A stretch of DNA of 54,901 nt, taken from positions 1 to 54,901 of the IMG/VR virus record IMGVR_UViG_3300032087_000550. The stretch is one strand, 5' to 3'. The position numbers were made by a program, and so were the translations under genes. The notes under the pieces were generated by a model. The model was given only the letters and a program-made list of their open reading frames with translations, was not told the DNA's origin and made no database searches. This DNA is from a virus (lineage: Duplodnaviria; Caudoviricetes). Of the stretch, positions 45,605-53,659 are shown piece by piece (position 1 is the stretch's first letter; every line of letters begins with the position of its first letter).

Positions 45605-47123
45605 GCCAGTTTTTTCCCATTTTTAATTCTATTCCTACAGGCATGTCATAGCGGATGCCGTAGCGACGTTCCGTCTCCTGCGGTATGGCTAGCATACTTT
45701 TCGCCATGATCTCAATGCACTGCTTCTCTTCTCCCGGGAACACGTCCATAACAATCGAGTCGTGTACCGTGTTGCAAATCACGGACTGTAACCCACTGTC
45801 TTTCAACAGATTATGCAGCATCACAAGAGATAAGGGCAGCAGGTCTGCGGTGGCGAACCCCTGCACGGGATAGTTGCAGATAGCTGTCCGGTTCGTGGCG
45901 GTGCCCCATTCGGTCCAGCGGGTTCCCGGGAAACAATACTGTCGCCCGGATGGAAGCTTGATGTGGCTCTTGGTTACGGCGTCCCGCTGCAAGAGTTCGT
46001 GCCAGTCACTCACGCCGCTGTACTTCTGCTTAAAGGCACGGTAGTACCGCTTCTGATCTTCGGTGCCGCTCACGCCGCCGTAGAGGGGCTTGAAGGTGTG
46101 TGCCTTGGCCTCTTGGCGGGTACAGCCAATGATGCTGGCGGTATAGCTGTGAACGTCCGTGCCAGCCTCGACATCGTTGCGGATGCCCTCATCCTTTGCA
46201 AGGAACCCGGCAACCCGAAACTCTAGCTGTGCGTAGTCACCCTCAAGGATCGAACCACCCTCGAACCGGCTTTCGACAGCGCGGCGGATAATGAAGGTCG
46301 AGCCGCGTGGCATGTTCTGGAAGTTCGGGTTGCGGGACGACAGGCGACCGGTAGCTGTCACACACTGCATATATTCTGTGTGTATGAAGCCGTTCGGGTC
46401 CATGTTGTTTTCCATGCCCTCGACAAAGGATCGCAGGTAGGTTCGCACAGCAGAGTAACGAACGTACGCCTCGGCAAACTCCCGGGCGTCACCCCGCAGG
46501 TCTGTCATCATTTCTTCGAGCGTTGTCTTGTCAGTCTTGAAACCGCCCGCAGCCGTATCGAATGTGTCGCGGGGAACGAGCTTGAACCCGGCAACCTCTC
46601 CAGTACTATGGTAGCGGACGCCAGAGCCGCCACAGGTCTTGCAGATACGCACGGCCTTACCGGGGGTGCCATCCTTGCGTGGCGGAGTGTAGCGGCCCTT
46701 ACCAGAGCAGTCCGGGCACTGTTCACCGATAGTCTTGTGCAAGATTGTGGTCTCATTGAGGATGTGCCGCTTGAACTCGCCCTTTGCCATGCGGGTTCGC
46801 TGCTTGGGCTTCTTGGTTGCGCCGCGAACCTCATGACCGAGATTGAAGATAGCAGCCCACCGCTTCTTGTCCTTGATCGCACAGGAGTAAAACAGGCGGG
46901 AGCGGTCATCTGGACTGTCGAGGTTGACCGGTGTGTCTCCCATCGCGTTCGCGGCAAGTTCCTGCAAGCGGCGTTCTAGGGTGAACAGTTCGTCCTCGTA
47001 CTCCTTGCGGATGTCGGCAAGGGTTGTCCGGTTGATCTTGATGCCGTTGCGTTCGATGTCCGCAAGAACGTCCGTGACTTCAAGCGACAGACGCAAAGTG
47101 GGCAAGAGAGCTTGGTTCTTCAT
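45576..47123 (-). CDS. polA: Family A DNA polymerase, polymerase domain with DnaJ-type Zn-finger insert
   Basis: TATGRLSS, motif A DYAQLEFR, motif B RQEAKAHTFKPLYG (Phe at the 762-equivalent position), motif C VHDS; CPDCSGKG and CKTCGGSG; own GAGGA SD. Confidence 0.92.
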   Translation of the reverse strand: MKNQALLPTLRLSLEVTDVLADIERNGIKINRTTLADIRKEYEDELFTLERRLQELAANAMGDTPVNLDSPDDRSRLFYSCAIKDKKRWAAIFNLGHEVRGATKKPKQRTRMAKGEFKRHILNETTILHKTIGEQCPDCSGKGRYTPPRKDGTPGKAVRICKTCGGSGVRYHSTGEVAGFKLVPRDTFDTAAGGFKTDKTTLEEMMTDLRGDAREFAEAYVRYSAVRTYLRSFVEGMENNMDPNGFIHTEYMQCVTATGRLSSRNPNFQNMPRGSTFIIRRAVESRFEGGSILEGDYAQLEFRVAGFLAKDEGIRNDVEAGTDVHSYTASIIGCTRQEAKAHTFKPLYGGVSGTEDQKRYYRAFKQKYSGVSDWHELLQRDAVTKSHIKLPSGRQYCFPGTRWTEWGTATNRTAICNYPVQGFATADLLPLSLVMLHNLLKDSGLQSVICNTVHDSIVMDVFPGEEKQCIEIMAKSMLAIPQETERRYGIRYDMPVGIELKMGKNWLDLEEVLTV

Positions 47124-47664
47124 TGAATAGTTCCTCAAATGTGGTGCCAAAGGCTTCGAGTTGTGCAAGTGCTACTTGCTCGGTTGCAAGGACATCAGCC
47201 TTGCCATATGTTTCAATTATATGCCAAGGAATGTCATAAAACGTCTTACCTTCCTTGAAATACGGCGCGACAAGGTCTGCTTCCTTTTGCACTCCACTAT
47301 ACTTCTCTGCAAGAGCAGCAAGTCCCAGAGGCCAACGACGCGCCCGCGCCAGTATATATTCCGCAACCATCGTGTCATAGATATGTCCCTCGTATGTGAA
47401 TCCACAATCGCGAATCCAAGATAGATCGAACTTGATGTTTTGTCCAACGATAACGTCGGCGTGGTTCAAGGCAGCTTGAAATTTTGTGAACGCTCCCTCT
47501 GTGGGTGGCTCGGTTGAGTGGTAGTAGCAGTCGTAATCAACGGTGCTGTTGAGCCACTTGTAACCAATCGACACGAGCGAGTTGCCAAAGTACGGCAACG
47601 GTGTGGACGAGCCGTTCGCCTTCTCACGGTGTGTGGTTTCGATGTCAAAGGTCAAGACGTTCAT
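47080..47664 (-). CDS. Stand-alone 3'-5' proofreading exonuclease (DEDDy) of the split PolA
   Basis: ExoI DIETT, ExoII GQNIKFD, ExoIII YGKAD. Confidence 0.88.
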   Translation of the reverse strand: MNVLTFDIETTHREKANGSSTPLPYFGNSLVSIGYKWLNSTVDYDCYYHSTEPPTEGAFTKFQAALNHADVIVGQNIKFDLSWIRDCGFTYEGHIYDTMVAEYILARARRWPLGLAALAEKYSGVQKEADLVAPYFKEGKTFYDIPWHIIETYGKADVLATEQVALAQLEAFGTTFEELFNEEPSSLAHFASVA

Positions 47665-48902
47665 TAGTAGTATACCCCGCGATGTACATCAATGTGGCAG
47701 GTCTCCATGCCGTGCCAGCCATTGACCTTGTTCTTGGAGATGCAGATGTGCCGCACCGTGTTCTCTTCCTCAGACGTGCCGGTCTTGCCGATACCGATGA
47801 TAACATCAGCCTCACCAGCCTTGCCAGTCTTTGAGTTGTCCATCATAGAGTAGTCAATAAATTGACGGTCGTGTCCGTCGTATGACGCCTGACTAACGGC
47901 CCACACCAGAAGCTTATTCCGTTTGGCAACCTCACGAGCAAGCACGTACGTTTCCTTGAGGCGTTCATCGCCACGGCTGAAATTACCCTCAACCCGAAAC
48001 TTGTCAAGCTGATCACAGAACATCACGTCTGGCTCGTTCAACTGCGCGTACTCGTTGAGTTCGTCCATCGACATGCCAACCGCATCCATCACGGTCAGGT
48101 ACGGATCGATCTCCTCAAGGTAGCGGGCGTCGAACTCGGCAGACGAGGAACGCAACTCATCCGAAGTCATTTCAAAGTAAGACTGCAGGATACGCGACTT
48201 GATCTTGGCAGCTTCTTCCTCGTTCGCCCAGTACACAACCTTTTGTTTTTGCTTGATATACTTGCTAGCAAGGAAAGAGCAGAAGGTCGTCTTACCTGTC
48301 TCTGGACGCGCAAAGATGATGCCTAATCCGCCACGGTCCATTCCCGGCAACCTGTGGGAGATGATGTCGAAGTCGAAGGGGAAGTCCGGCTCCGACGACT
48401 CCTGTGAGAAAAGCTCGGCAAGACCCGTGGTAACCTCGGTATAGGTCGTCTTGTCGGACATGCGTCCGTCCTCGACCATATCAATCAGGGTCTTGAGTTC
48501 ACCAAAGTGTTCGGACTCGCCAGTGAAGATGGCAATCGCCTTTTCACCAATCTGTCGCGCACGGTCGCGAACCCAGAAATTCTTCACCACATCGTATTCG
48601 AGTTCGGCGGTGTCAGAAATCTGATCCGGCAGGGTGTCAATTATTTGATAGATTTCCTGCATAGCTGACGACGGCATCGCCGGATTACGGTCAGCAACCA
48701 CCGCTGCCAACTGGCGAGGGTGCAAGTCAACGGCGTACTGCTTGTGGCTATATGATATGCTGTCGAATATCGTGACCATGCGTCCCTCGAACATGTCGCG
48801 AGTGACAATGTTCTTGACGCGGTCGTAGAAATCTTTGTTTAGGATATACCCAAGAACTTGATTCTCAAGTGATATACTTGTCGAAAGTACGTTTTCGCTC
48901 AT
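47664..48902 (-). CDS. SF4 (DnaB/T7 gp4-like) replicative helicase
   Basis: Walker A ARPETGKTT, NEE, CDQLDK, VSQAS, SKTGKAGEAD, KNK. Confidence 0.92.
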   Translation of the reverse strand: MSENVLSTSISLENQVLGYILNKDFYDRVKNIVTRDMFEGRMVTIFDSISYSHKQYAVDLHPRQLAAVVADRNPAMPSSAMQEIYQIIDTLPDQISDTAELEYDVVKNFWVRDRARQIGEKAIAIFTGESEHFGELKTLIDMVEDGRMSDKTTYTEVTTGLAELFSQESSEPDFPFDFDIISHRLPGMDRGGLGIIFARPETGKTTFCSFLASKYIKQKQKVVYWANEEEAAKIKSRILQSYFEMTSDELRSSSAEFDARYLEEIDPYLTVMDAVGMSMDELNEYAQLNEPDVMFCDQLDKFRVEGNFSRGDERLKETYVLAREVAKRNKLLVWAVSQASYDGHDRQFIDYSMMDNSKTGKAGEADVIIGIGKTGTSEEENTVRHICISKNKVNGWHGMETCHIDVHRGVYY

Positions 48903-49668
48903 CGGCTGTCATTTCCTTCACATCTTTATCTAAGATAACTAAGCTGGTAGGCCGGATGGCCTGTAACCTGCGAACCAACCCTAATGCCTTCTTTGTGGCG
49001 TCCTTGTCAAGAGCCACGACGAGACGATCATAGGTTCGCAGCGTCGGTATGTACGAGTCTACAAGACTGGTTCCGAGCAAGGCTATGCCCGAAAGAATAT
49101 CAGAAACACTGCAAGCACTAGCACAATCTTCCAGAAGAACACCGATACGTCCGCTGCCGCAAACGAAAGGATGACCTGACTTTCCATATCTCCACCATTT
49201 TGGTTTGACATTTTTGTCCAAGGCTCGGCCCGCCGCATCGACGATCCGGTTGTTGTGACGAACTAGATAGACGACCCGCTTCGACCGGAAGTCGTACCGG
49301 ATGTCGGCCAAGCCGTTGCGATACGCCTCGTAAGCATTGACCCGGCGCACATAGGATTCGGCATCGGGTTCGCGGGACAACGAGACGAACGTGTCTGGCA
49401 ACTCGAACCCCCCCTCATAAGTGTCGGGTCTTGGGTTCGCGGGCTTGACCTTGGCCAACAGGGGATGGTATGGAGTGTCCTTGCGGATGCGAAACCCGGT
49501 GCGGCCCTTCACATCGCAGTCGGCGTGGAAGCAGTACCAGAGGCGTTCGCCATTCACCTCGGACACGCTGAACGTGTTCTTGTGTGAACAGGCAGGGCAA
49601 TCCATCCGCAAGCTTCCGGAGCCGCCGATTGGCAAATCTTCAACGAAGTCTTTGATCCAGTCAGTCAT
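48865..49668 (-). CDS. DNA primase (Zn finger plus TOPRIM)
   Basis: CPAC...CFHADC; EDCASA...GTSL...ALDKDA. Confidence 0.9.
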   Translation of the reverse strand: MTDWIKDFVEDLPIGGSGSLRMDCPACSHKNTFSVSEVNGERLWYCFHADCDVKGRTGFRIRKDTPYHPLLAKVKPANPRPDTYEGGFELPDTFVSLSREPDAESYVRRVNAYEAYRNGLADIRYDFRSKRVVYLVRHNNRIVDAAGRALDKNVKPKWWRYGKSGHPFVCGSGRIGVLLEDCASACSVSDILSGIALLGTSLVDSYIPTLRTYDRLVVALDKDATKKALGLVRRLQAIRPTSLVILDKDVKEMTADERKRTFDKYIT

Positions 49669-49675
49669 GGGTTCG

Positions 49676-49749
49676 GAGATACAGCATATCGGAAACTCGG
49701 TCAAGACAAAAAAAAATCGCTTGACAGGTTCGCGGCTACAGATTACTCT
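49676..49749. promoter_or_regulatory. Back-to-back divergent sigma70 promoters sharing an A-tract
   Basis: - strand: TTGACC (49704-49699), 17 nt, TATCTC; + strand: TTGACA (49721), 17 nt, TACTCT. Confidence 0.75.
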
Positions 49750-49783
49750 CTAGTTACAATATACCCCTATAGGTTTACCTGTT

Positions 49784-49924
49784 ATGAATAAAATCAATAG
49801 AATAAACCCTATAGCTAAACAGCTACCTAAACTGGGTAAAAGAATTGTTCCGAATAAAAAACGGACAAAAGAAGACAAACGAATGACAAAAGAGGTACGG
49901 GATGCCAAGACCGCCAAAGATTGA
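49784..49924 (+). CDS. Small basic protein (46 aa; not in ORF track)
   Basis: MNKINRINPIAKQL...RIVPNKK, first ORF after the promoter. Confidence 0.5.
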   Translation: MNKINRINPIAKQLPKLGKRIVPNKKRTKEDKRMTKEVRDAKTAKD

Positions 49925-50117
49925 TGAACCGACAAAAACCTACAACCTGTTGATGACAAAAGCTCAGTATGACAAGCTGGCAACCTATTCTGAATCTATG
50001 CAAAAAAGAAGCTTGGAACAGGTGGCGGTTGCTGACTTGATACGAGATGCCATCGATATCTACTTGGAGATTTTAGATGAGGAAGCTGAAGCTGTTCAAG
50101 GATCGGAGGGGCAATGA
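49902..50117 (+). CDS. Ribbon-helix-helix (CopG/Arc-like) regulator
   Basis: KTYNLLM beta strand, helix A (KAQYDKL), helix B (VADLIRDAIDIYL); GAGGT SD. Confidence 0.7.
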   Translation: MPRPPKIDEPTKTYNLLMTKAQYDKLATYSESMQKRSLEQVAVADLIRDAIDIYLEILDEEAEAVQGSEGQ

Positions 50118-50349
50118 CCTCGTTCCGTACATCGTATCGAAAGATAACCGGCACGAAGTCGTCGCTCCGGTTTCATCCGTCCGGATCGGAGAGACAAATC
50201 GAGACGCTATCAAATCAAAGCACTGCGTCGATTACCCGCGATGGGTTGCCCTGTACGTCGGAAAAAATCACACCGAGTGTTCGAAGTGGCTTGACAAGTA
50301 CAAAACGTCCGTGCTAAAGCTTTGCATACCCTATGAGGTATCCTCGTAG
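50077..50349 (+). CDS. Hypothetical protein
   Basis: GGAG SD; overlaps the RHH gene. Confidence 0.6.
   Translation: MRKLKLFKDRRGNDLVPYIVSKDNRHEVVAPVSSVRIGETNRDAIKSKHCVDYPRWVALYVGKNHTECSKWLDKYKTSVLKLCIPYEVSS
50291..50320 (+). promoter_or_regulatory. Sigma70-type promoter for the sRNA
   Basis: TTGACA ... TGCTAAAGC. Confidence 0.6.
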
Positions 50350-50429
50350 GGGACATGGTTTCTCCTATGCCGTGTTGCTAAAAAACTTTGAGTGGGGCTG
50401 GTCTACGGGCTGGCCCCTCTTTTTTTTTT
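50327..50429 (+). ncRNA. Candidate ~100-nt trans-acting antisense sRNA
   Basis: 5' 10-bp hairpin (50329-50351), single-stranded seed TTTCTCCTATG, 3' terminator. Confidence 0.65.
50394..50429 (+). terminator. Rho-independent terminator with UNCG loop
   Basis: GGGGCTGGTC-TACG-GGCTGGCCCC followed by a T10 run. Confidence 0.85.
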
Positions 50430-50495
50430 GCTTGACGCACCATTTTATTATCTGTATCGATAAAGCATCGAAACGCCAGCAATGGAGATTGGCAC

Positions 50496-50738
50496 ATGGA
50501 AATTTCGAACGATCAACGATCTGACTTGCTCCGCATACACAACAAACTGCGTGACGTTATCAACTATGTAGATGACTGTCGTGATCTCAGTTTGTGTCAC
50601 CTACGGGATATCGAAGAGGCTATCTGCGTTCTTCATCAGGTGGGTGATTTCAAGCCGAAGAAGCGATATGATGGCAGCAGTGTGTGGTGGACTGAATGGG
50701 TGTTTTCTGAGGAGGTGCCGAGCGATGCGGACGATTGA
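50496..50738 (+). CDS. Hypothetical early protein
   Basis: GGAG SD; candidate promoter TTGACG at 50432. Confidence 0.65.
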   Translation: MEISNDQRSDLLRIHNKLRDVINYVDDCRDLSLCHLRDIEEAICVLHQVGDFKPKKRYDGSSVWWTEWVFSEEVPSDADD

Positions 50739-51060
50739 GAACCACGTCGAACGGTGCCACTGCTGGGAATGCGGCGGCTACGGCAAGAAGGAGTACGAAC
50801 AGGCTGTCCCGGACCCGATCCGGGGCGGCGACCTTGTCGGTGTCATGGGTGAGTGCGATGGCTGCGAGGGTAACGGCGAACTGTTACGCGCAAAGATAAC
50901 GCAGACAACGGTGATCCGTGCCTTCCTCACACAGGCGAAACACGCACTCGAAGACATCGAACTGCTTGACACAGACCTCGACGCCATCTATGGCAAAATA
51001 GATGACGCAATCGGTGACATCGAACGCTACGAACGAAAGGTAGGTACACGCGATGGGTAA
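50725..51060 (+). CDS. DnaJ-type Zn-finger protein
   Basis: CWECGGYG and CDGCEGNG; GGAGG SD. Confidence 0.75.
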   Translation: MRTIENHVERCHCWECGGYGKKEYEQAVPDPIRGGDLVGVMGECDGCEGNGELLRAKITQTTVIRAFLTQAKHALEDIELLDTDLDAIYGKIDDAIGDIERYERKVGTRDG

Positions 51061-51226
51061 AGTCAAAGACTGGGTAATCGAAATGGAAGAGGACGCATCG
51101 TACATGACGCGCCAAGAATTCGTTGACAAGCACGGCGAAACGGTTATCGAATTGTACGACGAACTTCAACTGAAATGGCAGTACGATCATGCAGAACCAC
51201 CCGAACCGGATTTCGATGCTGACTGA
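51053..51226 (+). CDS. Small acidic protein (57 aa; not in ORF track)
   Basis: MGKVKDWVIEMEEDA...; overlapping start and stop with neighbours. Confidence 0.65.
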   Translation: MGKVKDWVIEMEEDASYMTRQEFVDKHGETVIELYDELQLKWQYDHAEPPEPDFDAD

Positions 51227-51398
51227 ACCGGAGGACGATCCGCGTCTGGAAAGTGTGGCTGACAAATTGGCCACGCTTCGAAGACAAATCGATGACGCCG
51301 ACTGGCATGGCAAGCCGGTGACAAACGCGCAACGCCAAAGGGCAAGGCGGCTGACAAATCTTCTACACAATGGAATCTTGTGGGAGCCGACGTTTTGA
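51216..51398 (+). CDS. Hypothetical protein
   Basis: MLTEPEDD...DDADWHG...WEPTF. Confidence 0.55.
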   Translation: MLTEPEDDPRLESVADKLATLRRQIDDADWHGKPVTNAQRQRARRLTNLLHNGILWEPTF

Positions 51399-51598
51399 CG
51401 CTGACAAATGACAAACGCCAGACGCTGACAAAAACCAGACGAGACAAACCGACCACGCTTTCCCGCGAACACGTCTGCGATAATTGCGGCGAACCCGCCA
51501 TGACCAAGGAAGGGGACCGGCTCCGCTGTCCGTCGTGCTGGCTCCGGGAACAGGGCCGGAAAATAAAACCGCTTGACCACAGAGGATATCGCCCGTAA
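51380..51598 (+). CDS. Small Zn-ribbon protein (start uncertain)
   Basis: CDNC...CPSC. Confidence 0.55.
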   Translation: MGADVLTLTNDKRQTLTKTRRDKPTTLSREHVCDNCGEPAMTKEGDRLRCPSCWLREQGRKIKPLDHRGYRP

Positions 51599-51601
51599 CG
51601 T
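51573..51601 (+). promoter_or_regulatory. Sigma70-type promoter
   Basis: TTGACC, 17 nt, TAACGT. Confidence 0.55.
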
Positions 51602-51636
51602 GTTCCCATCGTTTTCTAACGAAGGGAAATAACGAC

Positions 51637-52254
51637 ATGGCAAAACAAGCCACACTATTTGATCATGAGTGCATGATCCACAACATCATCGCGGTTTACC
51701 GTGACGCCGACGCGGTACAGTATAACGAAGGCTTGGCATGGTATTCGGACGCACAAAAGGCGGCGCACGATATCGCGGTAAAATATGACATTGCCGTTTA
51801 TATTGTGGCTGCTGTCATCGCCGCGCTTTCACCCAATAACAAATGGTCCCGGAACGTGACAAACGCCGACGCATTGATCGGCGCGTTTATTCGGGGCGAC
51901 GGTATCGATTCCGTGAAAGTCTCGACCTACAACAAGATGAAGGCGAAAGCTTGGGACATTTTGGCGGCGCGTCCGGACTATGACGGCGCAAAAAAGATGC
52001 TTAAGGGACAAAAGATCACGTCCTTTTTTATGGACATTATGGGCGAGTTTAACGTCACGATTGACGGCCACGCCCGGAATATCGCTTACAATGAAAGAGT
52101 CGGATTGACCGACGACCGGACAAATATCGGCGTCCGTGAATACCGCGCACTTCAAGCCGCTTACGAAGAGGCGGCGCGACGTGTTGGCCTCATGCCCTAC
52201 CAGCTACAGGCGATCACTTGGCGCGTCTGGCGGGACCGGCACGGCATAACCTGA
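51637..52254 (+). CDS. HhH-GPD / DNA-glycosylase-fold-like protein
   Basis: GLAWY...AALSP...W..N...KITSF...VTIDGHA...LQAITW. Confidence 0.55.
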   Translation: MAKQATLFDHECMIHNIIAVYRDADAVQYNEGLAWYSDAQKAAHDIAVKYDIAVYIVAAVIAALSPNNKWSRNVTNADALIGAFIRGDGIDSVKVSTYNKMKAKAWDILAARPDYDGAKKMLKGQKITSFFMDIMGEFNVTIDGHARNIAYNERVGLTDDRTNIGVREYRALQAAYEEAARRVGLMPYQLQAITWRVWRDRHGIT

Positions 52255-52399
52255 CAAATCAGCCACGCTAAAAGATGACAAAAATGCCACGCTAAAAAAA
52301 TTGGAGCCAGTTTGCGCTATCGGGTTGCCGGGTCACTGGGGGACTGGGCGCGGGGCTGGCATCGGTTGCCGCGAGTCGCGGGGCGGCAATCACCGGGGG

Positions 52400-52436
52400 C
52401 GGGGCTGGCCAGCGGGCCGGTCCCGTTTCTTTTTTT
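52400..52436 (+). terminator. Rho-independent terminator
   Basis: CGGGGCTGGCC-agcg-GGCCGGTCCCG followed by TTTCTTTTTTT. Confidence 0.8.
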
Positions 52437-52516
52437 ACTTGCCTATGAATCTGGCCGGTGCCATGATTCGGGACCGGTCGGGATTGTCCCGGCCCGGCAA
52501 CCATAGGAGAAAAGCA

Positions 52517-53560
52517 GTGTTAGACATTGTGACGAGAACACCAAAAGCGATCGAGAATTGTAAAGCCCGGGGCGGCGACATCTGGTCAACCCATCATGAT
52601 ATTGGGGATTTCAGCCTATACGAGCGGTTTGCCAACTTTAAGAAAATCCCGATCGAAGCCTTAACCAGCAAGCCGGACCTGACGCCGTCCGGTGAGGTGA
52701 TCCGTGAAATAGTCACGCCGCAGCGCATGGAAAACTTTTCCGCCCTGCAAAATGTGGCGACCGGAAACGTGATCGACGTAACACCCTTTAAGGGTTCCTA
52801 TACTTTCAAGCCGCATCTTGAGGCCATGAAAGAACAGGCCGGGGTTGTCGAGCGGTCCCCGCTGCCGACTGGCAACGTCGAGGTGATCGACCGGATATTT
52901 GACGAGGGGGTGCGGGTTCACCGAACTATTTACTTTCACGAAATGACCCACGCCCTCGGCTACACCAAGAACGGTGAGGGTGACACGGTCCGCTGCCGGT
53001 TGGACATCTTCAACAGCGTCGATAAATCTTGGTCGCTTCAAGTATTTTCTGGTGCTTACCGCGACCTGTGCCGGAACACTTTGGTTTTTGGTGGTGAGAA
53101 GGCGTATCACACAAAGCAGAAACACACTGGCACCATGTCGAACGAAGCCGCGAACCAGAAGGCGGTCCTCGGCCTAGAAATGTGGGCGAACCAGTCCGAG
53201 CAGATGAAACTGTGGCGACAGGCTGAAATGACCAACCGCCAGTTTGCAGACGTGATCAAGCCGTTTTGCCGGAAGAACACCAAAGGCGCGGAACTCGAGG
53301 ACTCGATCTCGATCAACGAGCGGAAATTTAATTATCTGCTGGAGAGGTTCACCGAAGAAAAACGCGAACTGGGGGGAACCATGTGGGCCGCTTACAATGC
53401 CCTGACCCATTGGGCGACCCATCTGCCGGACGCGTACGAAAAAGGCCGGGCTGAAAAGAAACGGTTTGATCGGAACAATGAGGTCCGGCAGATCATCACC
53501 GGTCCGGATTGGCTCTATTTCGAGGGGCTGGCCGGACGTAAAGAAATGGCGGTGCAATAG
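52517..53560 (+). CDS. DUF932-family (TIGR03299-like) protein
   Basis: FNSVDKS.....GAYRDLCRN....KH T; GTMWAAYNALTHWATH; GTG start after ATAGGAG. Confidence 0.75.
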   Translation: MLDIVTRTPKAIENCKARGGDIWSTHHDIGDFSLYERFANFKKIPIEALTSKPDLTPSGEVIREIVTPQRMENFSALQNVATGNVIDVTPFKGSYTFKPHLEAMKEQAGVVERSPLPTGNVEVIDRIFDEGVRVHRTIYFHEMTHALGYTKNGEGDTVRCRLDIFNSVDKSWSLQVFSGAYRDLCRNTLVFGGEKAYHTKQKHTGTMSNEAANQKAVLGLEMWANQSEQMKLWRQAEMTNRQFADVIKPFCRKNTKGAELEDSISINERKFNYLLERFTEEKRELGGTMWAAYNALTHWATHLPDAYEKGRAEKKRFDRNNEVRQIITGPDWLYFEGLAGRKEMAVQ

Positions 53561-53640
53561 TGGAAGCTTTGTACGTCATCTATAGGACGATCACGGTTGT
53601 CCTGTTTTGCCTGATCATCTGGGCAATTTTCATTGGCTAA
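53560..53640 (+). CDS. 26-aa single-TM peptide (not in ORF track)
   Basis: MEALYVIYRTITVVLFCLIIWAIFIG; GTG overlaps the upstream TAG and exactly fills the gap. Confidence 0.55.
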   Translation: MEALYVIYRTITVVLFCLIIWAIFIG

Positions 53641-53659
53641 CACATAGGAGAAAAAAGCC

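Larger units (their letters stand above)
51261..52293 (+). repeat. Array of same-strand GACAAA-N6-ACGC sites
   Basis: Copies at 51261, 51283, 51320, 51403, 51410, 51443, 52253, 52277 (a further copy at 54679). Confidence 0.85.

Noticed and set aside
47080-47168. Programmed frameshift fusing exonuclease and polymerase
   Set aside because: No slippery heptamer; a well-placed SD and ATG favour independent initiation
38801-49720. Replication block as a recombinase-invertible segment
   Set aside because: No inverted repeats found at its two boundaries
52252-52297. Mini-CRISPR array
   Set aside because: Only two 22-nt units separated by 2 nt with no spacers; explained by the GACAAA-N6-ACGC motif
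52301-52516. N-terminal 72 codons of the 419-aa ORF call
   Set aside because: Spans a terminator and promoter; the true start is probably GTG 52517 after ATAGGAG
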